DNA from: an uncultured Alphaproteobacteria bacterium
GTDB lineage: Bacteria; Pseudomonadota; Alphaproteobacteria; Rhizobiales; Xanthobacteraceae
Assembly: GCA_963765745.1 (NCBI GenBank)
Contig: CAVXXM010000004.1
Span: 172,474-236,473 of the forward strand
Direction of reading: 5' to 3'
Length of the DNA stretch: 64,000 nucleotides
The position numbers and the translations under genes were made by a program. Shown here in pieces: positions 52,137-62,248 of this stretch (the stretch's first letter is position 1; each line of letters starts with the position of its first letter). A model generated the notes under the pieces. The model was not told the origin of the DNA. It was given only the letters and a program-made list of their open reading frames with translations, and searched no databases.

Positions 52137-53253
52137 TCAGGTTTTGAGCGCCGCTTCGGCCGGCGTGTAGGGGATTTGCAGCGCCTCGGCCACGGCCTCG
52201 GTAGGTGAGGCGGCCCGCATGGACATTGAGGCCGTCGCGCAGGCCCGGATCGTCGGCCAGCGCGCGCAGGCCCTTGTCGGCGAGCGCCAGCACATAGGGC
52301 TGCGTCGCGTTGTTGAGCGCGAAGGTCGAGGTCCGCGCCACCGCGCCCGGAATGTTGGGGACGCAATAATGGATCACGCCGTCCACGACATAGGTCGGCT
52401 CCGAATGGCTGGTCGGCCGGGAGGTTTCGGCGACGCCGCCCTGGTCGATCGAGACATCGACGATGACCGAGCCCGGCTTCATGGCTTTGACGGTCGCCTT
52501 GCTGATCAATTTGGGTGCCCGGCCGCCGCGCGACATTGCCGTGCCGATGACGAGATCGGCGCGCCGGCACAGCGCCTCGATCGTTTCCGCGTTGGCGAAT
52601 GCGGTGCGCACGCGAGCACCGAACCGCTCGGTGAAATGGCGCAGCGAACCTGCGTTGCGGCCGACTACGGTCACGTCCGCGCCAAGGCCGACGGCGATCA
52701 CCGCCGCATTGGTCGCGACCACGCCGCTGCCCAGGATCAATACCTCGCCGGGCATGACACCCGGCACGCCGCCCAACAGCACGCCGCGACCGCCGCTGGT
52801 CTTCTCGAGCAGCCGCGCGCCGATCTGCGGCGCCATGCGGCCCGCGACCTCGGACATCGGCGTGAGCAGCGGCAGCGTTCCCGCCGCGTCGGTCACCGTC
52901 TCGTAGGCGATCGCGGTGATGCCCGAGGCCATCAGCGCCTCGGTCTGCTCGCGGTCGGCCGCGAGGTGGAGATAGGTGAAAAGAATCTTCCCGCGCTTCA
53001 GCATCGTGCGCTCGGCCTTGAGCGGCTCCTTGACCTTCACGATCAGCTCGGCGCGCTCGAAAATCTGCACGGCATCGGCCACGATCTCGGCGCCGGCTGC
53101 GACATAGTCGGAGTCCGCGATGCCGGCGCCATTGCCTGCATCCTTCTGCACCAGGACGCGGTGACCGCGAGCGGCGAGCTCGCGTACCGTCGCGGGCACC
53201 AGGCCCACGCGGTATTCGTTGTCTTTGATTTCCTTGGGAACTCCGACGAGCAT
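52137..53253 (-). pseudogene. ald: Alanine dehydrogenase, frame break about 60 nt before the natural stop (about 52200)
   Basis: MLVGVPKEIKDNEYRVGLVP and ILGSGVVATNAA. After GRLTY the natural tail EAVAEALQIPYTPAEAALKT-stop is in the third frame. Confidence 0.85.
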
Positions 53254-53275
53254 TGGATCGTTCCTGGCCGGCGGT

Positions 53276-54364
53276 TCAGCCTTCGACCGGCTCCGTGCCG
53301 ACGATCTCGATTCCGAAACCGGCCAAGCCGACATAGGTGAGGGTGCGCCCGGTCAGGATGCGGATCGAGGAAATGCCGAGATCGCGCAGGATCTGAGCGC
53401 CGAGACCGACCTCGCGCCATTGCCGGTCGCGCGCCGCTTCCGACGATTTGGCTTCGCCGCCCGGCGGCATGACCGGCACGCCGGCGGTGCCGTCGCGCAG
53501 CAGCACCAGCACGCCGCGGCCTTCCTTCTTGAAACGCGCGAGCGCGCGCGGGATCACCTTGGCGCCGCCGAACACGTCGGCGACGATGTCGGCCCGGTGC
53601 AGGCGCGTCAGCACGTTCTTGCCGTCGCCGATCTTGCCGTAGACGAATGCCATGTGATGTACCGGGTCGAACGGCGTCACGAAGGCGTAGCCGGTCAGCT
53701 CCCCGACCTCGCTCTTGACCGGGAAGGTAGCCACCCGCTCCACGAGCTTCTCGCGTGCCTGGCGGTAGGCGATGAGGTCCGAGACCGAGATGTGCACGAG
53801 TTTGTGCGTCTCGGCGAACGCGATCACCTCGGGCCCGCGCTTGACCGTGCCGTTGTCGTTGACCAGTTCGGCGAGCACGCCGACCGTCGGCAGGCCGGCG
53901 AGCCGGCAGAGATCGACGCAGGCCTCCGTATGACCTGAGCGCATGAGCACGCCGCCCTCGCGCGCGATGAGCGGAAACACGTGGCCGGGCCGGACGAAAT
54001 CGCTGGCGCCGATATTGGGGTTCGCCAGCGCGCGCACCGTATTGGTGCGCTCCTCGGCGGAAATGCCGGTGGTCAGCCCGTGGCGCACGTCGACCGAGAC
54101 GGTGAAGGCGGTGCCGAGCGGCGCGTCGTTCGCCGCCACCATCGGCGCCAGATGCAGCCGCCGTGCGTCGTCCGGCGTCAACGGCGTACACACGATGCCG
54201 GACGTATGGCGCACGATGAACGCGATCTTCTCCGCCGTACACAGCGAGGCGGCGACGAACAGATCGCCCTCGTTCTCGCGGTCGTCGTCGTCGGTGACGA
54301 CCACGATCTCGCCGCGGGAAAAGGCCTCGACCGCGCGATCGATGCGGCTGCGGATTTCGTTCAT
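53276..54364 (-). CDS. ribB: 3,4-dihydroxy-2-butanone-4-phosphate synthase fused to a GTP-cyclohydrolase-II-like domain
   Basis: DRENEGDL and RSGHTEA in the N-terminal domain. The C-terminal domain lacks the RibA zinc cysteines. Confidence 0.9.
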   Translation of the reverse strand: MNEIRSRIDRAVEAFSRGEIVVVTDDDDRENEGDLFVAASLCTAEKIAFIVRHTSGIVCTPLTPDDARRLHLAPMVAANDAPLGTAFTVSVDVRHGLTTGISAEERTNTVRALANPNIGASDFVRPGHVFPLIAREGGVLMRSGHTEACVDLCRLAGLPTVGVLAELVNDNGTVKRGPEVIAFAETHKLVHISVSDLIAYRQAREKLVERVATFPVKSEVGELTGYAFVTPFDPVHHMAFVYGKIGDGKNVLTRLHRADIVADVFGGAKVIPRALARFKKEGRGVLVLLRDGTAGVPVMPPGGEAKSSEAARDRQWREVGLGAQILRDLGISSIRILTGRTLTYVGLAGFGIEIVGTEPVEG

Positions 54365-54368
54365 CGGG

Positions 54369-55496
54369 TCACTTCGCGCCGGGCTTCTGGAACGGCCAAG
54401 GGAGCGCCTCGCCGACCTGGCCGCGATGGCGCAAATATTGGTCGGCCAGCGCGCAGGCCACCATGGCCTCGCCGATGGCGACCGCGCGGATGCCGACGCA
54501 CGGATCGTGGCGGCCCTTGGTCGAGATTTCGGTCTCGCGGCCGTAGCGGTCCACGGTCTTGCGCGGGATCAGCATCGAGGACGTCGGCTTGACCACGAAG
54601 CGCGCGACGATCGGCTGGCCGGTGGAAATGCCGCCGAGAATGCCGCCGGCACTGTTGGTGAGAAACCGCGGCTTGCCGTCGTTGCCCATGCGCATCTCGT
54701 CGGCGTTCTCCTCCCCCGACAGCGTGGCCGCGCCGAAGCCGGCGCCGATCTCGACGCCCTTGACCGCGTTGATGCTCATGAGCCCGGCCGCGATTTCCGC
54801 ATCGAGCTTGCCGTAGATCGGCGCGCCGAGACCGGCGGGCACGTTCTCGGCCACGATCTCGATGATCGCGCCGACCGACGAGCCCTTCTTGCGCACGTCC
54901 TCGATATAGCTTTCGAACTCGCCCGCGGCCTTGGCGTCGGGGCAGAAGAACGGATTGCGTGCGGTCTCGTCCCAGTCCCAGCGGCTGCGGTCGATCTTCT
55001 TGGTGCCCATTTGCACCAGCGCCCCGCGCACCACCATGCCCGGCACGATCTTCCGCGCGATCGCGCCGGCTGCGACGCGGCCCGCGGTCTCGCGCGCCGA
55101 GGCGCGGCCCGAGCCGCGCGGATCGCGGATGCCGTATTTGACGTCGTAGGTGTAGTCGGCGTGGCCGGGACGATAGGTCTCGGCGATGGCGTCATAGTCC
55201 TTGGGCCGCGCGTCCTGGTTCTCGATCAGAAGCGCGATCGGCGAGCCGAGCGTGACTTCCTTGCCGCTCGAAGGATCGGGGAAGGTGCCGGAAAGAATCC
55301 GCACCTGATCGGGCTCCTTGCGCTGGCTCACGAACTTGCTCTGGCCCGGACGCCGGCGGTCGAGGTCGCGCTGGATTTCAGCCGCGGTCAGCGGAATGCG
55401 CGGCGGGCAGCCGTCCACCACGCAGCCGAGCGCGATCCCGTGGCTCTCGCCAAAGGTCGTGACGCGGAACAGATGGCCGAACGTGTTGTGGGACAT
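54369..55496 (-). CDS. aroC: Chorismate synthase
   Basis: [20 protein letters not shown] and GRHDPCV. 375 aa, intact. Confidence 0.95.
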   Translation of the reverse strand: MSHNTFGHLFRVTTFGESHGIALGCVVDGCPPRIPLTAAEIQRDLDRRRPGQSKFVSQRKEPDQVRILSGTFPDPSSGKEVTLGSPIALLIENQDARPKDYDAIAETYRPGHADYTYDVKYGIRDPRGSGRASARETAGRVAAGAIARKIVPGMVVRGALVQMGTKKIDRSRWDWDETARNPFFCPDAKAAGEFESYIEDVRKKGSSVGAIIEIVAENVPAGLGAPIYGKLDAEIAAGLMSINAVKGVEIGAGFGAATLSGEENADEMRMGNDGKPRFLTNSAGGILGGISTGQPIVARFVVKPTSSMLIPRKTVDRYGRETEISTKGRHDPCVGIRAVAIGEAMVACALADQYLRHRGQVGEALPWPFQKPGAK

Positions 55497-55553
55497 GGCG
55501 GCGTGGTTGTACGAGCGGGCCGCGCGGGGGTCAAACCAGGATCGGCGGATGGT

Positions 55554-56864
55554 TTATTCGGCGGCCTGTACGCGCGGCCGGTAGCGCGTGGGCGAGGCGA
55601 CCGGCGGCCGCGGCACGATCGGCGGCTTGGCGTTGAGCTTGTCGACCTGGAAACCGGCGACGCGCTTGTAGTTGGCCGCGACGTCCTCGAGCTCCTGCTT
55701 GGTCAGCACCTCGGTGACGACATTGAAGCCGTTCGGCGCGCGGTCCTCGACCATTTGCATGACCTGCTCGGGGCCGTTGCCACGATTGAGCAGCACGAGG
55801 TCCGTGGTCGCCGGCCGGCGTTCCGCTTCATAGGCCAGCAGCGCGGCCTCGGTCTCGCCCTTGGCGAGGATTTCGCGCGCCAGCACGCGCGCGTCGAGGA
55901 TCGCCTGCGAGGCGCCGTTCGAGCCGATCGGATACATCGGGTGCGCCGCGTCGCCGAGCAGCGTCACGCGCCCGTGCGTCCAGCGCTCCAGCGGATCGCG
56001 GTCCACCACCGGGAACTCGAACACGTATTCGGCGTTGCGGATCAGGCCCGGCACGTCGAGCCAGTCGAACTTCCAGTCCTCGAACCAGGGCAGGAACTCT
56101 TCGAGCTTGCCCGGCCGGTTATAGTCCTCGCGCCGCCATTGATAGTCGGGGCTGAACTCGCGCTCGGCGATCCAGTTGATCATCGGCCGGCCGCGCTCCG
56201 ACGCGCTTTTCGAGATCGGATAGCAGACGAATTTCAGCGCCGGATAACCGGCCATGATCATGGTGCGGCCGGTGAGATACGGCTCGCCGACCGTGACCCC
56301 GCGCCACAGGATGCGGCCGTTCCACAGCGGCGGGCCTTCGTTCGGATGAAAATGCGCGCGGATCGACGAGTGGATGCCGTCGGCCGCGATCAGCAGCGCG
56401 CCGTCGTGCTCGCCCAGAGTCTTGCCGCTGTCCTTGTCGATGAAGCGCGCGCGAACGCCCGAGCCGGTTTCCTTCCAGTCGGCGATGTGGTGGCCGGTGA
56501 GCACGCAGTCCGGGCCGAGCCGCTCTTTCACGGCTTCGAGCAGGATCATCTGCAGTTCGCCGCGATGGATCGAGAATTGCGGCCACTTGTAGCCGGCGTC
56601 CAGCCCGCGCGGCTCCGACCAGATTTGTTTGCCGCGCTTGGAGAAGTAGGCGAGTTCCTTGGTGCGGATCGAAGTCGCGTCGAGCGCGTCCTCGAGCCCG
56701 AGCTCGACGAGCTCGCGCACCGCGTGCGGCAGCACGTTGATTCCGACGCCGAGCGATTTGATCTCGCGCACCGACTCGAACACGCGGCAAGGCACGCCGA
56801 TCTGATGCAGGCTGAGCGCAAGCGTCAGGCCGCCCATGCCGGCGCCGGCGATCAGAACAGTCAT
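55554..56864 (-). CDS. FAD-dependent aromatic-ring monooxygenase (salicylate/3-hydroxybenzoate hydroxylase-like)
   Basis: [23 protein letters not shown] and [22 protein letters not shown]. Internal Met of the 728-aa read-through ORF. Confidence 0.85.
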   Translation of the reverse strand: MTVLIAGAGMGGLTLALSLHQIGVPCRVFESVREIKSLGVGINVLPHAVRELVELGLEDALDATSIRTKELAYFSKRGKQIWSEPRGLDAGYKWPQFSIHRGELQMILLEAVKERLGPDCVLTGHHIADWKETGSGVRARFIDKDSGKTLGEHDGALLIAADGIHSSIRAHFHPNEGPPLWNGRILWRGVTVGEPYLTGRTMIMAGYPALKFVCYPISKSASERGRPMINWIAEREFSPDYQWRREDYNRPGKLEEFLPWFEDWKFDWLDVPGLIRNAEYVFEFPVVDRDPLERWTHGRVTLLGDAAHPMYPIGSNGASQAILDARVLAREILAKGETEAALLAYEAERRPATTDLVLLNRGNGPEQVMQMVEDRAPNGFNVVTEVLTKQELEDVAANYKRVAGFQVDKLNAKPPIVPRPPVASPTRYRPRVQAAE

Positions 56865-56920
56865 CGATGCAACTCCCCCGGTTCGTTCAACGGCCCGCCA
56901 CCGCGATCCTGTTTGCTTCT

Positions 56921-57740
56921 TCATTCGTCGTTCTTCACGCGCGTCATATCCGGCGCGTCGGGGTTTTTCATGCCGACGATGTGGTAGCCGGCATCGACGT
57001 GATGGATTTCGCCGCTCACCGCGCGGCCGAGATCGGAAAGCAGATAGACCGCGGCACCCCCGACCTCCTCGATCGTCACGGTGCGCCGCAGCGGCGAGTT
57101 CAACTCGTTCCACTTCAGAATGTAGCGGAAATCGCCGATGCCGGAAGCCGCCAGCGTCTTGATCGGCCCGGCGGAAATGGCGTTCACGCGGATGTTCTTC
57201 GGGCCGAGATCGGCCGCCAGATACCGCACGCTCGCCTCGAGCGCGGCCTTGGCCACGCCCATGACGTTGTAGTGCGGCATCCATTTCTCGGCGCCGTAAT
57301 AGGTCAGCGTGAGCATGGCGCCGCCGTTCGGCATGCGCTTCTCCGCGCGCTGGGCGACCGCCGTGAACGAGTAGCAGGAGATCAGCATCGTCTTGCTGAA
57401 GTTGTCGGCGCTGGTATCGACATAGCGGCCGGTCAGCTCTTCCTTGTCGGAGAAGGCGACCGCGTGGACGACGAAATCGAGCGCGCCGAGCGCCCGGTCG
57501 GTCTCCGCGAACACCGCATCGATGGTGGCGGGGTCGGTCACGTCGCAGTGGCCCGACGACCTTGGCGCCGATCTCGGCCGCCAGCGGCTCGACCCGTTTC
57601 TTCAGCGCGTCGCCCTGGTAGGTGAGGGCGAGTTGGGCGCCTTGGTCGGCGCACGCCTTGGCGATGCCCCAGGCCAGCGAACGGTTATTGGCGACCCCGA
57701 AGATCAGGCCGCGCTTACCCTGCATCAGGCCGCTTGCCAT
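56921..57740 (-). pseudogene. fabI: Enoyl-ACP reductase (NADH), +1 frame break at about 57551
   Basis: N-terminus [22 protein letters not shown]...AKVVG is in the 57740 frame. [13 protein letters not shown]...[13 protein letters not shown]...[12 protein letters not shown] is in ORF 56921..57541. Confidence 0.9.
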
Positions 57741-57808
57741 GGGTTTTCCGCCGAGGTTCGGAGCGAGAGAAACCCTATCGCATGCGACCCTTTATGCAGC
57801 AAGCGGCT

Positions 57809-57834
57809 GGAATAATCCGGGCACCCCTCGCGTT
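57809..57834 (+). promoter_or_regulatory. Candidate ECF-type promoter GGAAT-N17-CGTT
   Basis: Read directly from the sequence about 50 nt upstream of the ECF sigma ATG. It resembles the generic GGAAC-N16/17-CGTT ECF pattern. No experimental support. Confidence 0.3.
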
Positions 57835-57885
57835 CTCACTAGCGAGGTATCACAATGGATGCGCCGATATTGTTCCGGGTGCGCC

Positions 57886-58377
57886 ATGTCTGCAGTCCGT
57901 CGTGGCCTCGAGTCCCTGATCCCCGCCCTCAGGCGGTTCGCACGGGCGTTGGCGCGCGATGCCGAGACCGCCGACGACCTCGTGCAGGACACGCTGGTGC
58001 GGGCGCTCAGGGGAGAGCATCTGTTTCACGGCGGCGACCTGCGCACATGGACGTTCACCATACTTCTGAATCTCGATCGCAATCGCCGGCGCGGTCTCGC
58101 GCGCAGACCATTTCTCGCTGTGATCGAGGACGTCGATCCGGCAGGCCCGCCGGGCACGGACGGCACCGGCAGCGACATCGAGCGCGGTCTCGTCCTGTTG
58201 CCGCAGGAGCAGCGGGAAGTCTTGTTGCTCGTGGCGCTCGAAGGACTGAGTTACCGCGAGGCCGCCGAAGTGCAGGGGGTGCCGATCGGCACCGTGATGT
58301 CGCGCCTGTCGCGCGCGCGCACCGCCTTGCGCACGCATCTGGAGGGCGAGCGCCCGCGGCTGCGTCAGGTGAAGTGA
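57886..58377 (+). CDS. ECF-family RNA polymerase sigma-70 factor
   Basis: Region 2 DLVQDTLVRAL. Region 4 LSYREAAEVQGVPIGTVMSRLSRAR. Internal Met of ORF 57622..58377. Confidence 0.85.
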   Translation: MSAVRRGLESLIPALRRFARALARDAETADDLVQDTLVRALRGEHLFHGGDLRTWTFTILLNLDRNRRRGLARRPFLAVIEDVDPAGPPGTDGTGSDIERGLVLLPQEQREVLLLVALEGLSYREAAEVQGVPIGTVMSRLSRARTALRTHLEGERPRLRQVK

Positions 58378-58401
58378 AGAATTGAGATTCATGGACCGCG
58401 A

Positions 58402-59190
58402 ATGACCGAGTACGACGCACCCGTGACCGACGACGAGCTGCACGCCTACGTGGACGGCGCGCTGCCGGGCGACCGCATCGCCGCGGTCGAGACGCGGCTC
58501 GCGTCCGATCCCGAGGCGGCGAGCCGGGTTGCCGCCTGGCGCGCGCAGGCGACTTCGATCCGCGCCAAATGGGAGCGCGTGGTCGAGGAGCCGGTGCCCG
58601 ATCGGCTGCGGCTCGAGAATATCGCGCTGCGCGCGAGCGGAATCTGGCGCAAGGTCGCAGCCGCCGCAGCCGTCGCATTCGCCATCGGCGGCGCCGCCGG
58701 CTGGTACGGGCACGAATACTCCAACTTCGGCCGCAACGAGCAGATCGCGCGCGCTATTGCCGACGCCGCCATCGAGGCGCACCGGCTCTATATCAACGAG
58801 GTCCGTCACCCGATCGAGGTGCGGGCCGACGAGGCGCATCTCTTGCCGTGGCTTTCGCGCCGCGTCGGTTCAGCCGTGCGCGCCCCCGATCTAGTGCCCG
58901 AAGGATTGAAGCTCATGGGAGGCCGGCTCCTGCCCGGAACGCGCAGCCCGACAGCGCTCATCATGTACGAAGGCTCCGGCGGCGAACGCGTGACCATCAC
59001 CTGCACGCGCGCTACCCGCGAGGGTTCGACCGCGTTCCATTGGAAATCCGCGGGCGAGATCGGTGCGCTGGCATGGGTCGAGGGCGGACTTGCTTTCGTG
59101 GTCGCGGGACCGGCCGAACGCGGGCGGCTCGATCGTGTCGCACGCCGCGTCTACGAAGCCTACGAGACCGCCGCGAACGAGCGGCGCTGA
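58402..59190 (+). CDS. Anti-sigma factor (single-pass membrane protein)
   Basis: ELHAYVDGALPGDRIAAVETRLASDPEAA N-terminal anti-sigma domain. TM helix VAAAAAVAFAIGGAAGWY. Immediately downstream of the ECF sigma gene. Confidence 0.7.
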   Translation: MTEYDAPVTDDELHAYVDGALPGDRIAAVETRLASDPEAASRVAAWRAQATSIRAKWERVVEEPVPDRLRLENIALRASGIWRKVAAAAAVAFAIGGAAGWYGHEYSNFGRNEQIARAIADAAIEAHRLYINEVRHPIEVRADEAHLLPWLSRRVGSAVRAPDLVPEGLKLMGGRLLPGTRSPTALIMYEGSGGERVTITCTRATREGSTAFHWKSAGEIGALAWVEGGLAFVVAGPAERGRLDRVARRVYEAYETAANERR

Positions 59191-59199
59191 AAAGTCCGG

Positions 59200-60183
59200 C
59201 TATTTCTTCTCGCGCCGACGGCGCATGAGCGCCTCGAGTTCCTCGTCGTGCTCCTCCGGCAGCGCGACTTGCACGCCGACCAGAAGATCGCCATGACCGC
59301 CGCTCTTGTTCGGCAGTCCTTTACCCTTGAGCCGGAACACGCGGCCGCTCGAGGTCCGTGGCGGGATCTTCAGTTCCACTTCGCCTTCGAGCGTCGGCAC
59401 GCGTACGCTGGTACCCAGCACCGCGTCCACGAGCGGGATCGCGATCAACGCCCGCAAATCGAAGCCGTCGGGCCTGAGCAGCGGGTGTGGCTCGACCGTG
59501 ATCGTGATCAGCGCGTCGCCCGGCTCCGCGCGCGGTCCGCTCAAGCCCTGGCCGCGAAGGCGGATGGTTTGACCGCTGGTAATGCCCGCCGGAATCTTGA
59601 CATCGACCTCCTTGCCGGTCGGAAGCCGTACGCGCTTCGAAGCGCCAGACGCGGATTCGGCGAGCGAGATCGAGGCTGATGCGGCGACGTCGGTGCCGCG
59701 TGGCGGTGGCCCCGGTTCGAAACCCTCGAAGTGCATCGCGCCGCCGCGATTACCGGCGGAGCCGAAAATATCGCCGATGAAATCCTCGAACCCGCCGCTG
59801 CGCGGTCCTCCGCCGCGCGAAGACGAGCGGCGGAAACCGCCGGGGCCATGGGTGAAGGTCTCGAAGATCGTGTCGTCGCCTCCGAAGCCGGAATGTTGAC
59901 CCGCGCCCGCGCGTGGATCGAAGCCGGGATGGCCGGTGAAGCGCGGCTTGCCTTCGGCGTCGATCTCGCCGCGGTCGAATGCCTTGCGTTTTTCCTCGTC
60001 GCCGAGAATCTCATAGGCGGAATTGATCTCGGAGAAGCGCGCGGCCGCCTTCGGGTCGTTCTTGTTCGCGTCCGGGTGCAGTTTCTTGGCGAGCCGCCGG
60101 AAGGACTTCTTGATGTCGGCTTCGCTCGCGCCGCGGGCCACGCCGAGGATTTCGTAGGGATTGCGCGCCAAAGGAAACTCCAC
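59200..60183 (-). CDS. J-domain protein (CbpA/DnaJ-like, no zinc finger)
   Basis: [34 protein letters not shown] (HPD), a Gly-rich linker and a DnaJ C-terminal domain. Confidence 0.85.
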   Translation of the reverse strand: MEFPLARNPYEILGVARGASEADIKKSFRRLAKKLHPDANKNDPKAAARFSEINSAYEILGDEEKRKAFDRGEIDAEGKPRFTGHPGFDPRAGAGQHSGFGGDDTIFETFTHGPGGFRRSSSRGGGPRSGGFEDFIGDIFGSAGNRGGAMHFEGFEPGPPPRGTDVAASASISLAESASGASKRVRLPTGKEVDVKIPAGITSGQTIRLRGQGLSGPRAEPGDALITITVEPHPLLRPDGFDLRALIAIPLVDAVLGTSVRVPTLEGEVELKIPPRTSSGRVFRLKGKGLPNKSGGHGDLLVGVQVALPEEHDEELEALMRRRREKK

Positions 60184-60251
60184 GCCGGCAACTCAGGGCC
60201 GCCTGCCGGGCATCTATGTGGGTGCGAATGGGCGCCGGCGCAACGCGCCGG

Positions 60252-60724
60252 TCAAGACTTCTGCAATGGCCGGGTCGATTGCACGTCCCATTGGCCGCGG
60301 TGGGTACGGCAGGCCGTGCCTTCGTGCCAGTTCTCGCGCTCGCTCTTGAAGTGGCTGACTATGAAATTCCGGCAGTTGAAACCGTCCTGGACGAAGGCGG
60401 CGGAAACCGGCGACACGGTTCCGCGCGAACTGGTGGTCGGGTTCTGCCAGGGGATGCTGGCGCCATCTTCCTTGCGGGCGAGCGCCTCGCGCAACGAGGC
60501 CATGGCGACGGTCCAGTCGGCATTGGTCATTTCGCGGTTGGCGGCCAGGTGCTGCATCGAGAGCGAACCGGTGATCTCGTCCTTGTCGGCCGGCTTTTCC
60601 GCCTGCATCCCGGGGATGAGCGAGGAGAGCGGGAACGACATGCTACAGCCGCCTGTCGCAAGGCCGGCGATGAGAAGGATCAAAAAGCCGGAGCCGCGAA
60701 ATGGCCGAGCGAAGCCCGAACCAT
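60252..60724 (-). pseudogene. Lipoprotein (RT0821/Lpp0805 surface-antigen-like, tentative); start separated from the body by a putative 1-nt loss in a T5 run
   Basis: The body has the lipobox LIAGLATGGCS but no nearby in-frame start. ATG at 60722-60724 gives MVRASLGHFAAPAF, then slips at the A5/T5 run 60682-60686. Alternatively the 189-aa ORF from 60821 is real. Confidence 0.5.
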
Positions 60725-60812
60725 GATATGAAGGGCCGGGATCGATGGCCCCTCGCGGGGTGCACGCTTTGACGCACACTGGCGCACGCTCCAGAAACGG
60801 GTCGAGTAAGCG

Positions 60813-61436
60813 ATGGAACACCCTGTAGGGTTAACTTTTGGTGACTTTGTGGAGGCCGATGAGCCTTTTGGGCTTTTCGACGCCTGGTTCAAGGCGGCCC
60901 GGGCGAAGGAGCCGCGCGATCCGGACGCGGCCGCGCTGGCCACGGTCGATTCCGCGGGTCTGCCGAACGTGCGCATGGTGCTGATTAAGGCGGCCGACCC
61001 GCGTGGTTTTGTTTTCTACACGAACGCCGAAAGCGTGAAGGGCGCCGAGCTCAAGGCCCGGCCCAAGGCCGCGCTCGTGCTGCATTGGAAATCGCTCGGC
61101 CGGCAGGTGCGGGTGCGTGGCAATGTCGAGCCCGCGAGCCCGGCGGAATCCGATGCTTATTTCGCGTCGCGGCCGCGCGAAGCGCAGATCGGCGCCTGGG
61201 CAAGCCGGCAATCGCGTTCGCTCGAGAGTCGCGCTGCGCTCGAGCAGGAAGCGGGACGGGTCGCCAAGAAATTCGAGGGTGGTCCGGTCCCGCGGCCGCC
61301 GCATTGGCATGGGTTCCGGATCGTGCCTATCGCCGTCGAGTTCTGGGCCGAGGGCCCGCATCGGCTGCACGATCGGCTCGTATTTACGCGCGCCGCACCG
61401 GATGCGAAATGGCAGCGCGCGCGGCTCTATCCGTGA
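60813..61436 (+). CDS. pdxH: Pyridoxamine 5'-phosphate oxidase
   Basis: LATVDSAGLPNVRMVLIK, RQVRVRGNVE and FWAEGPHRLHDRLVF. Confidence 0.95.
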   Translation: MEHPVGLTFGDFVEADEPFGLFDAWFKAARAKEPRDPDAAALATVDSAGLPNVRMVLIKAADPRGFVFYTNAESVKGAELKARPKAALVLHWKSLGRQVRVRGNVEPASPAESDAYFASRPREAQIGAWASRQSRSLESRAALEQEAGRVAKKFEGGPVPRPPHWHGFRIVPIAVEFWAEGPHRLHDRLVFTRAAPDAKWQRARLYP

Positions 61437-61462
61437 ACGCGGCCAAGGTGCAGAGTTGAAAG

Positions 61463-62212
61463 ATGCCGTCGATATCCGACCAGCCCCGCCGCACGCTGTT
61501 ACTCACCGGTGCCAGCCGCGGCATCGGCCACGCCACGGTCAAGCGCTTCTCGAGCGCCGGCTGGCGCGTGATCACCTGCTCGCGCCACGCCTTCCCGGAG
61601 GAGTGTCCCTGGGAGGCTGGGCCCGAGGATCATATTCAAGTCGATCTCGCCGATCAGAAAGCTACCTACGCGGCCATCGCGGAAATCAAGAATCGGCTCG
61701 AGCGCGGCGAACTGCATGCGCTCGTCAATAACGCCGGCATCTCCCCGAAGGGCGCGGGCGGCGCGCGGCTCGGCGCGATCGATACCGGCGTCGATGACTG
61801 GCAGCACGTTTTCCGGGTGAATTTCTTCGCGCCGATCATGCTCGCCCGCGGGCTGGTGAATGAGCTGAAGCGCGCCCAAGGCGCGGTGGTGAACGTGACT
61901 TCGATCGCCGGCTCCCGCGTGCATCCGTTCGCCGGCGCCGCCTATGCCACCTCGAAGGCGGCGCTCGCCGCGCTCACGCGCGAGATGGCGGTGGATTTCG
62001 GCCCGCTCGGCATCCGCGTCAACTCGATCGCGCCGGGTGAGATCGACACGTCGATCCTGTCGCCCGGTACCGACAAGCTGTTGGGCTCGATCCCGATGAA
62101 GCGCCTCGGCACGCCCGACGAGGTGGCCAAGATCATCTACGTGCTGTGCACCGAAACGGCGTCGTATCTGAACGGCGCGGAGATCCACATCGACGGTGGG
62201 CAATACGTTTGA
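61463..62212 (+). CDS. SDR-family oxidoreductase
   Basis: LTGASRGIGHA, NNAG and YATSKAAL. Confidence 0.9.
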   Translation: MPSISDQPRRTLLLTGASRGIGHATVKRFSSAGWRVITCSRHAFPEECPWEAGPEDHIQVDLADQKATYAAIAEIKNRLERGELHALVNNAGISPKGAGGARLGAIDTGVDDWQHVFRVNFFAPIMLARGLVNELKRAQGAVVNVTSIAGSRVHPFAGAAYATSKAALAALTREMAVDFGPLGIRVNSIAPGEIDTSILSPGTDKLLGSIPMKRLGTPDEVAKIIYVLCTETASYLNGAEIHIDGGQYV

Positions 62213-62248
62213 GATCCCCGGTCGTTATTCCGGCAAACGACACGGACT

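Noticed and set aside
54365-54368. FMN riboswitch ahead of ribBA
   Set aside because: Only 4 nt separate the aroC stop from the ribBA start, so there is no room for a leader.
53943-56987. 1014-aa ORF on the + strand
   Set aside because: It is antisense to ribBA, aroC and the FAD monooxygenase, all with strong family signatures. It is a low-complexity Arg/Ala/Asp translation and a GC artefact.
55554-57740. 728-aa ORF that looks like a FabI-monooxygenase fusion
   Set aside because: Only the first ~65 residues are FabI-like. The next ~230 are Arg-rich nonsense, while the true FabI continuation is in ORF 56921..57541. The monooxygenase has its own Met (56864). This is read-through caused by a frame break.
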